A DNA stretch of 64,000 nucleotides from Salibacteraceae bacterium (lineage in GTDB: Bacteria > Bacteroidota > Bacteroidia > Flavobacteriales_G > Salibacteraceae), in contig JAGYJZ010000008.1 of the NCBI GenBank assembly GCA_018401875.1, positions 67,090 to 131,089 of the forward strand. The letters run 5' to 3'. The translations under genes and the position numbers were made by a program. The notes beneath the pieces are model-generated. The model did not search any database, was not told where the DNA came from, and was given only the letters and a program-made list of their open reading frames with translations. Positions 32,364 through 40,675 of this stretch are shown in pieces (position 1 is the first letter of the stretch; each line of letters starts with the position of its first letter).

Positions 32364-33833
32364 GTGTTAAAATCAAGTTTACATCTCGTGCTCATACTTA
32401 TGCTGCTCACCGCTTGTTCGGGACGTGGTGGCGACCGTGATTTGTTGAGCAAGACGAAAAAAACAGCTCCACACCGCGACTTGAAAGAGATCAAAGAAAG
32501 TGGAAGATTGGTGGCACTCACCGATTTTAGCAGTTCAAGCTATTTCATATACAAAGGAATTCCAATGGGTTTTGAATACGACCTCTTGGAGCGTTTCTGC
32601 ACCCATATTGGTGTAGATTTATCCATTGAGGTTGTGGAAGACATGGACAACGTGATCGAAATGCTCAATCAAAACGAAGGCGATGTGATTGCAGCCAATT
32701 ACACTGTAACCAACCAACGAAAAAAAGACGTGCTTTTCACCAAACCCGTGCTTCAAACCAAGCAAGTGTTGGTGCAGCGGCTTCCAGACAAGTGGTGGAC
32801 GCTTACCCGTGATAAACTAAACGAGCGATTGATCAAAACTCCCGTGGGATTGGTTGGAAAAACGGTGTATGTGCGCAGGCACAGTTCGTTTTACACACGG
32901 CTGATCAACTTGATGGACGAATTGGGTGGAGTCATCAACGTGAAGTTTGCTGAAGGCTTGGGCACTGAGCGCTTGATAGAAATGGTTTCTGAAGGCGAAA
33001 TTGATTACACTGTGGCTGACGAAAACATCGCCATTTTGAACAAGGCATATTTACCCAATATTGATATTTCTACTTCATTGAGTTTCACCCAAAACGTAGC
33101 CTGGGCATGCAGAATTTCAAGTCCAGAACTGCTCAAGGCGTTCAACGATTGGTTGGTCAACTTTAAAAAAACTGAAGAATTTGCTGTGATCCACCTGAAG
33201 TATTTCAAGGCGCGCACAAAGCATAAAGAGAAAGTAATGAGCGAGTATTCTTCGCTGAAAGGAGATAAAATCTCGCCTTACGATGAGGTGGTAAAAAAAG
33301 AATCGCAGCGCTTAAAATGGGACTGGAAACTACTCACCGCGATGATCTATCAAGAATCGCAATTTGTGCCTGACGCTAAAGCGTGGACAGGAGCCAGCGG
33401 ATTGATGCAGCTTATTCCGGAAACAGCCGAGCGCTTTGGAGCCGACAGCTTAAGTGGCCCGAACGAAAACATCCATGCGGGTGTATCTTTTCTTATTTCG
33501 CTCAACAGCTTTTGGAAAGACCGGCTGACAGACAGTTTAGAAGTAATCAAATTCTCGTTGGCGTCATACAATGTTGGACTTGGGCATGTGTTAGATGCTG
33601 TGCGCCTCGCTGAGAAGTTTAACAGCGATGCGTCTCAATGGAGCAATGTTTCAAAGTTTTTGGAGTTGAAAGCACAGCCCGAATATTACAAAGATCCTTT
33701 TGTAAGGCACGGATATTGCCGCGGCTCAGAGCCAGTAGAGTATGTGAAAAACATTATTTCGTTGTGGGAACACTACAGCAATTCGCCAATAGCGCAGAAG
33801 AAAACTATTTCTTCATCCAACTTGGCATCGTAG
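32364..33833 (+). CDS. MltF-like lytic transglycosylase (solute-binding domain plus SLT domain)
   Basis: It has a lipoprotein signal and an N-terminal SBP_bac_3-like domain. The C-terminal SLT catalytic region is MIYQESQFVPDAKAWTGASGLMQLIPETA ... YNVGLGHV. Confidence 0.85.
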   Translation: MLKSSLHLVLILMLLTACSGRGGDRDLLSKTKKTAPHRDLKEIKESGRLVALTDFSSSSYFIYKGIPMGFEYDLLERFCTHIGVDLSIEVVEDMDNVIEMLNQNEGDVIAANYTVTNQRKKDVLFTKPVLQTKQVLVQRLPDKWWTLTRDKLNERLIKTPVGLVGKTVYVRRHSSFYTRLINLMDELGGVINVKFAEGLGTERLIEMVSEGEIDYTVADENIAILNKAYLPNIDISTSLSFTQNVAWACRISSPELLKAFNDWLVNFKKTEEFAVIHLKYFKARTKHKEKVMSEYSSLKGDKISPYDEVVKKESQRLKWDWKLLTAMIYQESQFVPDAKAWTGASGLMQLIPETAERFGADSLSGPNENIHAGVSFLISLNSFWKDRLTDSLEVIKFSLASYNVGLGHVLDAVRLAEKFNSDASQWSNVSKFLELKAQPEYYKDPFVRHGYCRGSEPVEYVKNIISLWEHYSNSPIAQKKTISSSNLAS

Positions 33834-34590
33834 ACGGATCGCGCTCTACCTTTTTCTCTTTCGGTTCTTCGTGAAAGAAATACTTGAAATCAATGGTCAG
33901 GTAATTTCCTGAAAGCTGCAATCCGCCAATATCTTCGAATGTAGCTACAGAGTTTGTGTAAGTGTAATTAATGCTCGTATTATAAATTGGTGCAAAAGGA
34001 CGGTGATACGATGCTCCGAAATAAAAATACCCAGACTCTTCCGTGCGGTACTCAAAACCAATGTTTGCGATCAATCCGGTTTTTAAAAATGCCAACCGCG
34101 AACCAGAATTTGCAAACCCCGTGCGTTGGCTCAATTGATAAAAGTCTCGACTTGAGCCGCTAAACACATCTGAAGGAAACATATCGAGCGCCAAGCCAAA
34201 TGAGGCGTTCATGTAAATTTTGTCAGACAGGCGCACAAACACCAATCCGCTGATTGGAATTTCGTATCCAATGATGCGAAAATTGGTGGTATCAGAAAAA
34301 GCCAATTCTTCGTGAAAAACACTGGCAGAGTAATTTCTGCGCACAAAGCTGATGCCCGATTCTAGCGAAAACCACTTGTTTAAACCAAAGCGCATCACGC
34401 CACCAAAGGCATAACCCAATTCTTGGTTTACGGCATAGTCGACACCGTTCTTCGACAGCTCAGTGATTCCCGCCCGAAATAAATTACTCGGTATGATGGG
34501 CTTCATTTGAAACCCAAAGGTGCTCACCCGCTCTTGCGAGAAGACTTGGGTTGAAAGCGATACCAAAGCAATGAGTAGTAGGTTTTTCAC
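33805..34590 (-). CDS. Outer-membrane beta-barrel protein (porin/PorT-like), unknown function
   Basis: It has a signal peptide, alternating beta-strand patterns and C-terminal aromatic residues. The call is weak. Confidence 0.45.
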   Translation of the reverse strand: MKNLLLIALVSLSTQVFSQERVSTFGFQMKPIIPSNLFRAGITELSKNGVDYAVNQELGYAFGGVMRFGLNKWFSLESGISFVRRNYSASVFHEELAFSDTTNFRIIGYEIPISGLVFVRLSDKIYMNASFGLALDMFPSDVFSGSSRDFYQLSQRTGFANSGSRLAFLKTGLIANIGFEYRTEESGYFYFGASYHRPFAPIYNTSINYTYTNSVATFEDIGGLQLSGNYLTIDFKYFFHEEPKEKKVERDPSTMPSWMKK

Positions 34591-34647
34591 AAGGTCAAAA
34601 GTCGTTATTGTTTGCGAATCACGGCTTCCGCAATTAGAATTTGGACG

Positions 34648-35001
34648 CTAGCCATCGCTTTTCAACGCACCATAAACGGCTAAAAACATGATCACAGCTG
34701 AAATCACAATGACGATCCAACGCATTGGTGCCGTAGGAATAAACTTCTCGCGGTGCTTTCCAATGGCCAAATAATTTAAGCGATCTACTTTTTTCTCTAA
34801 AATTTTTGCCACCCCAAAATACGTGGGCTTTCTGGGGTCGTCTTCATCTACTTGCACTTCAAACTCAATGTTCTCGTCCACTAGGAAAATGGAGAAGGTT
34901 TCTGCTTGCTCCCGTTTCAGAAAACGATACACTACCTTAAATTGGTTGGTGGGATGCGCACGTTTATTGGTAAAATTAAACTGTTCTTCGAGGTCCATCA
35001 T
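34648..35001 (-). CDS. Hypothetical protein with a C-terminal TM anchor
   Basis: 117-aa ORF with an ATGA overlap with the upstream M23 peptidase gene. Confidence 0.45.
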   Translation of the reverse strand: MMDLEEQFNFTNKRAHPTNQFKVVYRFLKREQAETFSIFLVDENIEFEVQVDEDDPRKPTYFGVAKILEKKVDRLNYLAIGKHREKFIPTAPMRWIVIVISAVIMFLAVYGALKSDG

Positions 35002-36131
35002 ATCACCCTCAGTCTTTGACCAACATACAGGTACCCGTTGCGCCTGATGCCGTTGAGTTCGGCAATTCGGTAAGTGGTAGTTCCGTAAAGTCGCGCTATT
35101 TCAAATAAATTATCACCGCGCTTAACGGTGTAGATCAAAATGCCCTTGGGGTAAGAGACATACCCATTTTTGGTGCGTTTCAGCATCAATGTGTCGTTTA
35201 CCAAAGCATCTTCATCAAACGAAATAAAGCTGAGTGGGTTCAATGGTTTTCCCTTAAATCGCACTTCATAGTGGAGGTGACTTCCCGTACTGTGTCCTGA
35301 GCTTCCGCCAAGCCCTATCACTTGTCCCGCCTCTACCCGATCGCCTTCTTTCACTTTAAAGCGATGCAAATGGGCATACAATGTTTCCAAACCATTGAAA
35401 TGGCGCACCACCACAACCCTGCCGTAGCCGCCACTAACTCTGGCCACACGCACCACGCCAGCAAAAGACGATACCACCGGATCCCACACTTCAAGGTCGA
35501 TGTCAACGCCATTGTGCATGCGTCCATCGCGCCAGCCAAATTTTGACGTCATTACATTTTTTACAGGCACGTGAAATTCTCCCATGGCTTTATCATCGGT
35601 GAGTAATATGGAAAGTGCTGTATCCTCAGAGCCTAAATTCCATTCGTAAGGATTTGGGGTTCCGACAATCCACGCAGGATAAATCTCATCGGCTGGAATA
35701 GGTTTTTCAATATTTCCGATGTATAAATCCTTCGGGATAACTTCTTCGAACTCTTCAGGCCGATTGGCGAGAAAAATATTGATTTGATTGATCAGTGCAT
35801 AGGGCACCTCATCCGTTTCAAACAAAGAATCGATGTAATGCACCAATTGCTCTTCCGTTTTCGAAGTGAGTGAAATGTATAAATCGAGGTAATTGGTGAA
35901 GGTGCTGGCACCGTGAAACTTCAGCACAGAATCACGCAAATCGCGCACTTGATTATCATTGAGGCCCGTTACTGCATCAAAAAGTAATTCCTCGCCATAC
36001 ATCACCACGGCTGCTATAGTATCTCGCTTGGCATTGGCATCACCGCCTCCTGCAAAGCAAATCGTGCTCCAAGATAGAGCGGTTATAACGGTTAGGATTT
36101 TCATTCTTGATGGCGACCAAAAATAAAACAA
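34998..36131 (-). CDS. M23 family metallopeptidase with a C-terminal LysM domain
   Basis: The M23 motifs are HNGVDIDL and GSSGHSTGSHLHYEVRF. The LysM domain is YTVKRGDNLFEIARLYGTTTYRIAELNGI. Confidence 0.85.
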   Translation of the reverse strand: MFYFWSPSRMKILTVITALSWSTICFAGGGDANAKRDTIAAVVMYGEELLFDAVTGLNDNQVRDLRDSVLKFHGASTFTNYLDLYISLTSKTEEQLVHYIDSLFETDEVPYALINQINIFLANRPEEFEEVIPKDLYIGNIEKPIPADEIYPAWIVGTPNPYEWNLGSEDTALSILLTDDKAMGEFHVPVKNVMTSKFGWRDGRMHNGVDIDLEVWDPVVSSFAGVVRVARVSGGYGRVVVVRHFNGLETLYAHLHRFKVKEGDRVEAGQVIGLGGSSGHSTGSHLHYEVRFKGKPLNPLSFISFDEDALVNDTLMLKRTKNGYVSYPKGILIYTVKRGDNLFEIARLYGTTTYRIAELNGIRRNGYLYVGQRLRVI

Positions 36132-36234
36132 TCATTCACCGAAATGTAAAAAGTCCGAATTCAGATGGATAAAAATGACGCTTTTAGACGAAGGCGCCAT
36201 TAGGCACGATGCACAGGATGTTGAGTTACTTGGA

Positions 36235-36822
36235 TCACAACTTCCATTTGATGTTGCATCCCATGCTCGGCTTTTGATCAATCTTGAGTGTATTACCAGC
36301 AAGAAGCTCATTCAATACATTTCTCAAATCGCTGCCCGTTACGGGTATGTTATTTCCTGGAGTGCTGTCATCCAATCGTCCGCGGTAAACGCATTTCAGC
36401 GCAGCGTCAAACACCATGAAGTCAGGCGTGCATTCGGCTTGATACGCGCGGGCCACTTCTTGCGATTCATCGTACAAATACGGAAAAGGAAAATTCATGT
36501 CTTCGGCCAATTTCTTCATCAAATCGGGAGAATCTTGCGGATAATTTTCAACGTCATTCGAACTGATGGCGATAAAACTGATGCCTTTTAGTCGGTAATC
36601 GTTGGCAAGCTTCACAAGTTGCTCACGCACATGAATCACATACGGACAATGGTTGCAGATAAACATAAACACAGTGGCGCGCTCACCTTTCAAATCTTTG
36701 AGCTGTCTTTCCTCGTTTCGAACCACATCGAGCAACGAAAATTTAGGAGCTTCAAAACCCAGCGCGATCTTTTTTGTTTCTGTTAAAGCCATTGAAAAAA
36801 TTTCTTCAAATGTAGTATTCAC
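36235..36822 (-). CDS. Thioredoxin-fold thiol-disulfide oxidoreductase (AhpC/TSA-like family)
   Basis: FICNHCPYV is a CxxC-type motif in a ~195-aa thioredoxin-fold protein. Confidence 0.75.
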   Translation of the reverse strand: MNTTFEEIFSMALTETKKIALGFEAPKFSLLDVVRNEERQLKDLKGERATVFMFICNHCPYVIHVREQLVKLANDYRLKGISFIAISSNDVENYPQDSPDLMKKLAEDMNFPFPYLYDESQEVARAYQAECTPDFMVFDAALKCVYRGRLDDSTPGNNIPVTGSDLRNVLNELLAGNTLKIDQKPSMGCNIKWKL

Positions 36823-36892
36823 ATTTAGTTAACAAAAATATTCCTGTACATTAAATGTATGTACATATATTTACAACTTAAATAATAAAACC

Positions 36893-37492
36893 ATGAAAAC
36901 TCAAACATTTATTGCAGCACTAGGGCTTGGCATAATCATTATGGCCTTTGCTCCGGTTCAAAAAATTGAAAAACTCAGCATAAAGCCTGAATCAAGTAAA
37001 ATTGAATGGTATGCCGAGAAAGTAACAGGAAAGCACAACGGACTCATAAGTCTAAAAAGTGGAACCATTGAGGTGGCTGACGGTCAACTGAAAGGCGGAT
37101 CATTTGTGGTTGACATGACCTCCATTGAGGTGACTGACCTCGAAGGAGAATACAAGCAAAAATTGGAAGGCCACTTAAATTCTGCTGATTTCTTCAATAC
37201 GGAAGTCCACAAAACGGCTCAGTTTGTCATCACTGGAGTGAAACCAACATCAGAGGGAATATACAATTCAATCATTAACGGAACGCTCACCATTAAAGGC
37301 ATATCTCATCCCATAAATTTCCCTGCAAAAGTTGAAACTGCCGAAGGCAAATTTGCTGCGTACGGTGAAATGGCGATCGATCGTTCAAAATATGATGTTC
37401 GCTATGGCTCAAACAGCTTTTTCGACAACCTAGGCGACAAAGCGATCTATGACGAATTCACCATGAAAGTGAGCTTGGGCGCAAAGCTCTAA
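36893..37492 (+). CDS. YceI family protein
   Basis: Signal peptide, followed by KIEWYAEKVTGKHNGLISLKSG...GTLTIKGISHPINFPA, which is typical of YceI. Confidence 0.85.
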   Translation: MKTQTFIAALGLGIIIMAFAPVQKIEKLSIKPESSKIEWYAEKVTGKHNGLISLKSGTIEVADGQLKGGSFVVDMTSIEVTDLEGEYKQKLEGHLNSADFFNTEVHKTAQFVITGVKPTSEGIYNSIINGTLTIKGISHPINFPAKVETAEGKFAAYGEMAIDRSKYDVRYGSNSFFDNLGDKAIYDEFTMKVSLGAKL

Positions 37493-37517
37493 GCCTTTTT
37501 TTTTAGATTTGATCTTG

Positions 37518-37549
37518 AGCCTCTTCGATGTTTCGGAGAGGCTTTTTTT
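37518..37549 (+). terminator. Rho-independent terminator after yceI
   Basis: Stem agcctct...agaggct followed by T7. Confidence 0.6.
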
Positions 37550-37615
37550 GTCCCTATCTTTCTTTGTTCGTTCGCTTATTATCACCAACTTTGATTTGCA
37601 TCAATTCTAAAATAC

Positions 37616-38461
37616 ATGAAACGATTTATACTCTTATTTGCTACCATAGTCTTCATCATTGGTTGCGGAAAAGTTAAAGAAGAAAACGAAGCATTCACAG
37701 AAGTTGCAGAAGATTATGCCTTAGCTGAAGGGCTTTGGGACGACTTGGGCGAACAAGTAGAGGGCAGTGCTGAAAATGTGGAAGCCAAAGAAACCACATG
37801 GTAAACATGTGCAGTAATCACTGTTGATACCATCGGCTCACCATTTCCAATGAATGTTACTGTTGATTTTGGAGAGATAGGATGCGTTGGAAGAGATGGA
37901 AAGACGCGCACTGGACAAATCAATTATACGCTCTCGGGCTGGTATCGAGAAGAAGGAAGCACCTTCACTACCTCCACATCCAATTACACAGTGGATGATT
38001 ATTTGCTCAAGGGAAATCGAACAGTAACCAATAATGGCAACAATGCGAATGACCAACTACAATTTAGTGTTGAAGTAACTGCTGCAAGCATCACAGACCC
38101 TAACGGAGAAATAATGAGCTGGGAATCGTCAAGAACCCGAACGTGGATAAATGGCCAAGAAACCGGCTTCTTTACTTCCAATGGAGATGGCGGATTTCTT
38201 GGGTGGGAAGGAATTACTGATGACAAATATGAAATTGACGGCACTGCCGAAGGAATTACCAGAAGTGGAAAATCTTTTATAGTAGAAATTACCTCCTCAC
38301 TGCGTGTCGAGCTCGACTGCAATTGGATTACACAAGGCATTTTGTCACTAACAACCGAAGATTATGACCCTCGCACGCTCGATTATGGGGATGGAAGTTG
38401 CGATAACAAAGCTCTATTGAGTACCAATAGAAAGGATAAAGAAATTACACTTCGAGGTTGA
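37616..38461 (+). pseudogene. Lipoprotein of unknown function interrupted by one in-frame TAA (37802-37804); paralog of 60455-61321
   Basis: The track ORFs 37616-37804 and 37850-38461 are in the same frame and read ...AKETTW*TCAVITVDTIGSPFPMNVTVDFG.... The joined 281-aa product is colinear with the intact 288-aa paralog (EDYALAEGLWDD vs RDYALAHHIFDD; ..LDYGDGSCDN vs ..LNYGNITTCDN). Confidence 0.6.
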
Positions 38462-38516
38462 CATTAGGCCACTCCATGCGCTGTGTCAGCGCATTCATGT
38501 TATTGTTGTTATCACA

Positions 38517-38885
38517 CTAAATCCGATCGACCTCCTTACGTGTCAATTCACTTACTGCATCACCCGTATTGATTGTATCAAGAGGTTCAAAAAGCATAAC
38601 ATGCACCTCCTCTTCCGCCACAGGTCGATGCTCTACACCACGCGGTACGATGATCATTTCGCCTTCACCCACACGCACTGTTTTGTCTCTAAACTCCAAG
38701 TTAAACCAACCTTTCACCACATAAAACAGCTCATCTTCATTGGCATGACTGTGCCACACAAATGGCCCTTTAAGCTTTGCCAGAATTACTTTCTGCCCAT
38801 TTAAAGTACCGATCATGCGCGGGTGATAGTGATCGTGAAAAAGATCAAATTTCTCAGCGAGGTTTATTTTTTCTATCGTATTCAT
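38517..38885 (-). CDS. Cupin domain protein
   Basis: 122 aa. WHSHANEDELFYVVKG...IVPRGVEHRP contains the two cupin motifs. Confidence 0.8.
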   Translation of the reverse strand: MNTIEKINLAEKFDLFHDHYHPRMIGTLNGQKVILAKLKGPFVWHSHANEDELFYVVKGWFNLEFRDKTVRVGEGEMIIVPRGVEHRPVAEEEVHVMLFEPLDTINTGDAVSELTRKEVDRI

Positions 38886-38896
38886 GGCTATCTGAT

Positions 38897-39880
38897 TTAG
38901 GCATTATCATAGTTTAACCCGATCTGATCGCTCACGCGCTCAAGCATTTCACTCAAATCAAGACTCCTCTGATGCGAGTGTTTCTCGCTCTCGATGAGGC
39001 CGCTTCTCAAGCAGCGATGAACCTCAATAATTTCATGTACGTAGCCATTTCCAGCGTACTTCACCTCTACTACCTCCTCAGGTTGTCCGTGAATGCGCAA
39101 CGTCAATTTCTCGGAATGATGAAATTTTGAGTGCAGAGTAATAGAACCATTGGTTCCATAAATATGAGCCTCTGTTGGCGTGTTTGCTTCAATACTCGAC
39201 TCCAGGGAAGCCTTCGACTGATGATCATAATGAAACATCATCGAACAGTAGCCATCAACACCCGAAGGAGTAAACCGCGCTGCCGCAGAAATTTCGTTTG
39301 GACTGCCGAGCGTCAATAAACTCAAATAGATCGGATAGATACCCACATCGAGCAGGGAACCACCACCAAGTTCTTTGTTATAGATCCGTCCATCAAGATC
39401 ACGTGCTGCTTTAAACCCAAAATCAGCCCGCATAAAAATAATGTCGCCAATGGTTTTCCGCTCCAATAGATCGATCAGCTTTTCGGTGGCAGGAATAAAC
39501 CGTGTCCAAAGGCCTTCCATCAAAAACAATCCTTTCGACTTCGACATTTCGATCATTTTCTGGGTTTGAATGCCATTCATTCCCATTGGCTTTTCGCACA
39601 GTACAGACTTGTTGTTTTCGAAGCATAGCAAGGTATGTTCAAAATGAAACACGTGAGGCGTGGCGATATAAATAACATCAATTTCAGGATCTGCAGCCAA
39701 TGCCTCGTATGATGCATAACTTTTTTGGGTGTTATAACGTTGTGCAAACTCCTTCGCCTTAATGCCATCCCTCGAGGCTGCGCCAAACAATTCGGCCTGC
39801 TCTACCAGCGCTAAATCATGCGCAAATATGTGGGCGATTTTCCCCAAACCGATGATTCCCCATTTGATCTTTTTGCTCAT
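38897..39880 (-). CDS. Gfo/Idh/MocA family oxidoreductase
   Basis: It has the N-terminal Rossmann motif IKWGIIGLGKIA and the EKP motif (VLCEKPMG). Confidence 0.85.
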   Translation of the reverse strand: MSKKIKWGIIGLGKIAHIFAHDLALVEQAELFGAASRDGIKAKEFAQRYNTQKSYASYEALAADPEIDVIYIATPHVFHFEHTLLCFENNKSVLCEKPMGMNGIQTQKMIEMSKSKGLFLMEGLWTRFIPATEKLIDLLERKTIGDIIFMRADFGFKAARDLDGRIYNKELGGGSLLDVGIYPIYLSLLTLGSPNEISAAARFTPSGVDGYCSMMFHYDHQSKASLESSIEANTPTEAHIYGTNGSITLHSKFHHSEKLTLRIHGQPEEVVEVKYAGNGYVHEIIEVHRCLRSGLIESEKHSHQRSLDLSEMLERVSDQIGLNYDNA

Positions 39881-40000
39881 AGAAATTTAAAGGTAGAATA
39901 ATGCTGAACGATTTCATTTGTACGGTTGAATTTTTCGAATGACACCGAGTTAAAGAACCTTGTAACCGATCAATCATTTAAAAAACCTATTTTGTCTTTC

Positions 40001-40582
40001 ATGTTACCACCAAGAATTCAAAACAACCGTATTGAAGCTGGCTGCGATGAAGTAGGCCGAGGTTGCTTGGCAGGACCTGTTGTGGCCGCTGCAGTAATCC
40101 TTCCGCCCACATTCAAACACGAAGCTTTAAACGACTCAAAACAACTGAGTGAAAAAGCGCGTCTGCAACTCACAGAAATTATTAAAAACGAAGCACTGGC
40201 ATGGGCAGTAAGCTTTGTTGAGCCTGTCATCATTGACAGAATCAACATCTTAAATGCTTCGTTTCTCGCGATGGAAAGGGCGGTAAAGAAACTCCACATC
40301 ACCCCTGAACACCTGCTGATCGATGGCAATCGTTTCCGATCTAAATTACCGATCGCGTATACCTGCATCGTGAAAGGCGATAGCAAAAACGGTTCAATTG
40401 CTGCGGCATCCATTTTAGCTAAAACCTACCGTGACGAATACATGAAGCGCATTCACGAAGACTTTCCAGCCTATGCTTGGTGCAGCAATGTTGGCTACCC
40501 TACCAAAGCCCACCGCGAGGCAATTCGCACTTTTGGACCAACCGCCTACCACCGAAAGTCGTTTCGACTGCTTCCCGATTAA
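40001..40582 (+). CDS. rnhB: Ribonuclease HII
   Basis: [23 protein letters not shown] and DSKQLS are present. I used the ATG at 40001 rather than the track's upstream TTG. Confidence 0.9.
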   Translation: MLPPRIQNNRIEAGCDEVGRGCLAGPVVAAAVILPPTFKHEALNDSKQLSEKARLQLTEIIKNEALAWAVSFVEPVIIDRINILNASFLAMERAVKKLHITPEHLLIDGNRFRSKLPIAYTCIVKGDSKNGSIAAASILAKTYRDEYMKRIHEDFPAYAWCSNVGYPTKAHREAIRTFGPTAYHRKSFRLLPD

Positions 40583-40675
40583 CTTCCGTTCGACCTCTCT
40601 TGGATTAACAGTTCCGCGCTAAGAACACTTTATTTCAGCAAAACACACAGGGCAAATCGTGTCTAAATTTGCAGC

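Noticed and set aside
23516-37804. Stop-codon reassignment (TAG and/or TAA read as sense) as the explanation for the two in-frame stop codons.
   Set aside because: TAA, TAG and TGA all terminate well-defined conserved genes in this window at the expected protein ends. Examples are TAA for the TonB receptor and the thioredoxin itself, TAG for dtd, and TGA for MarR and the M23 peptidase. The standard code 11 fits; the two internal stops are isolated.
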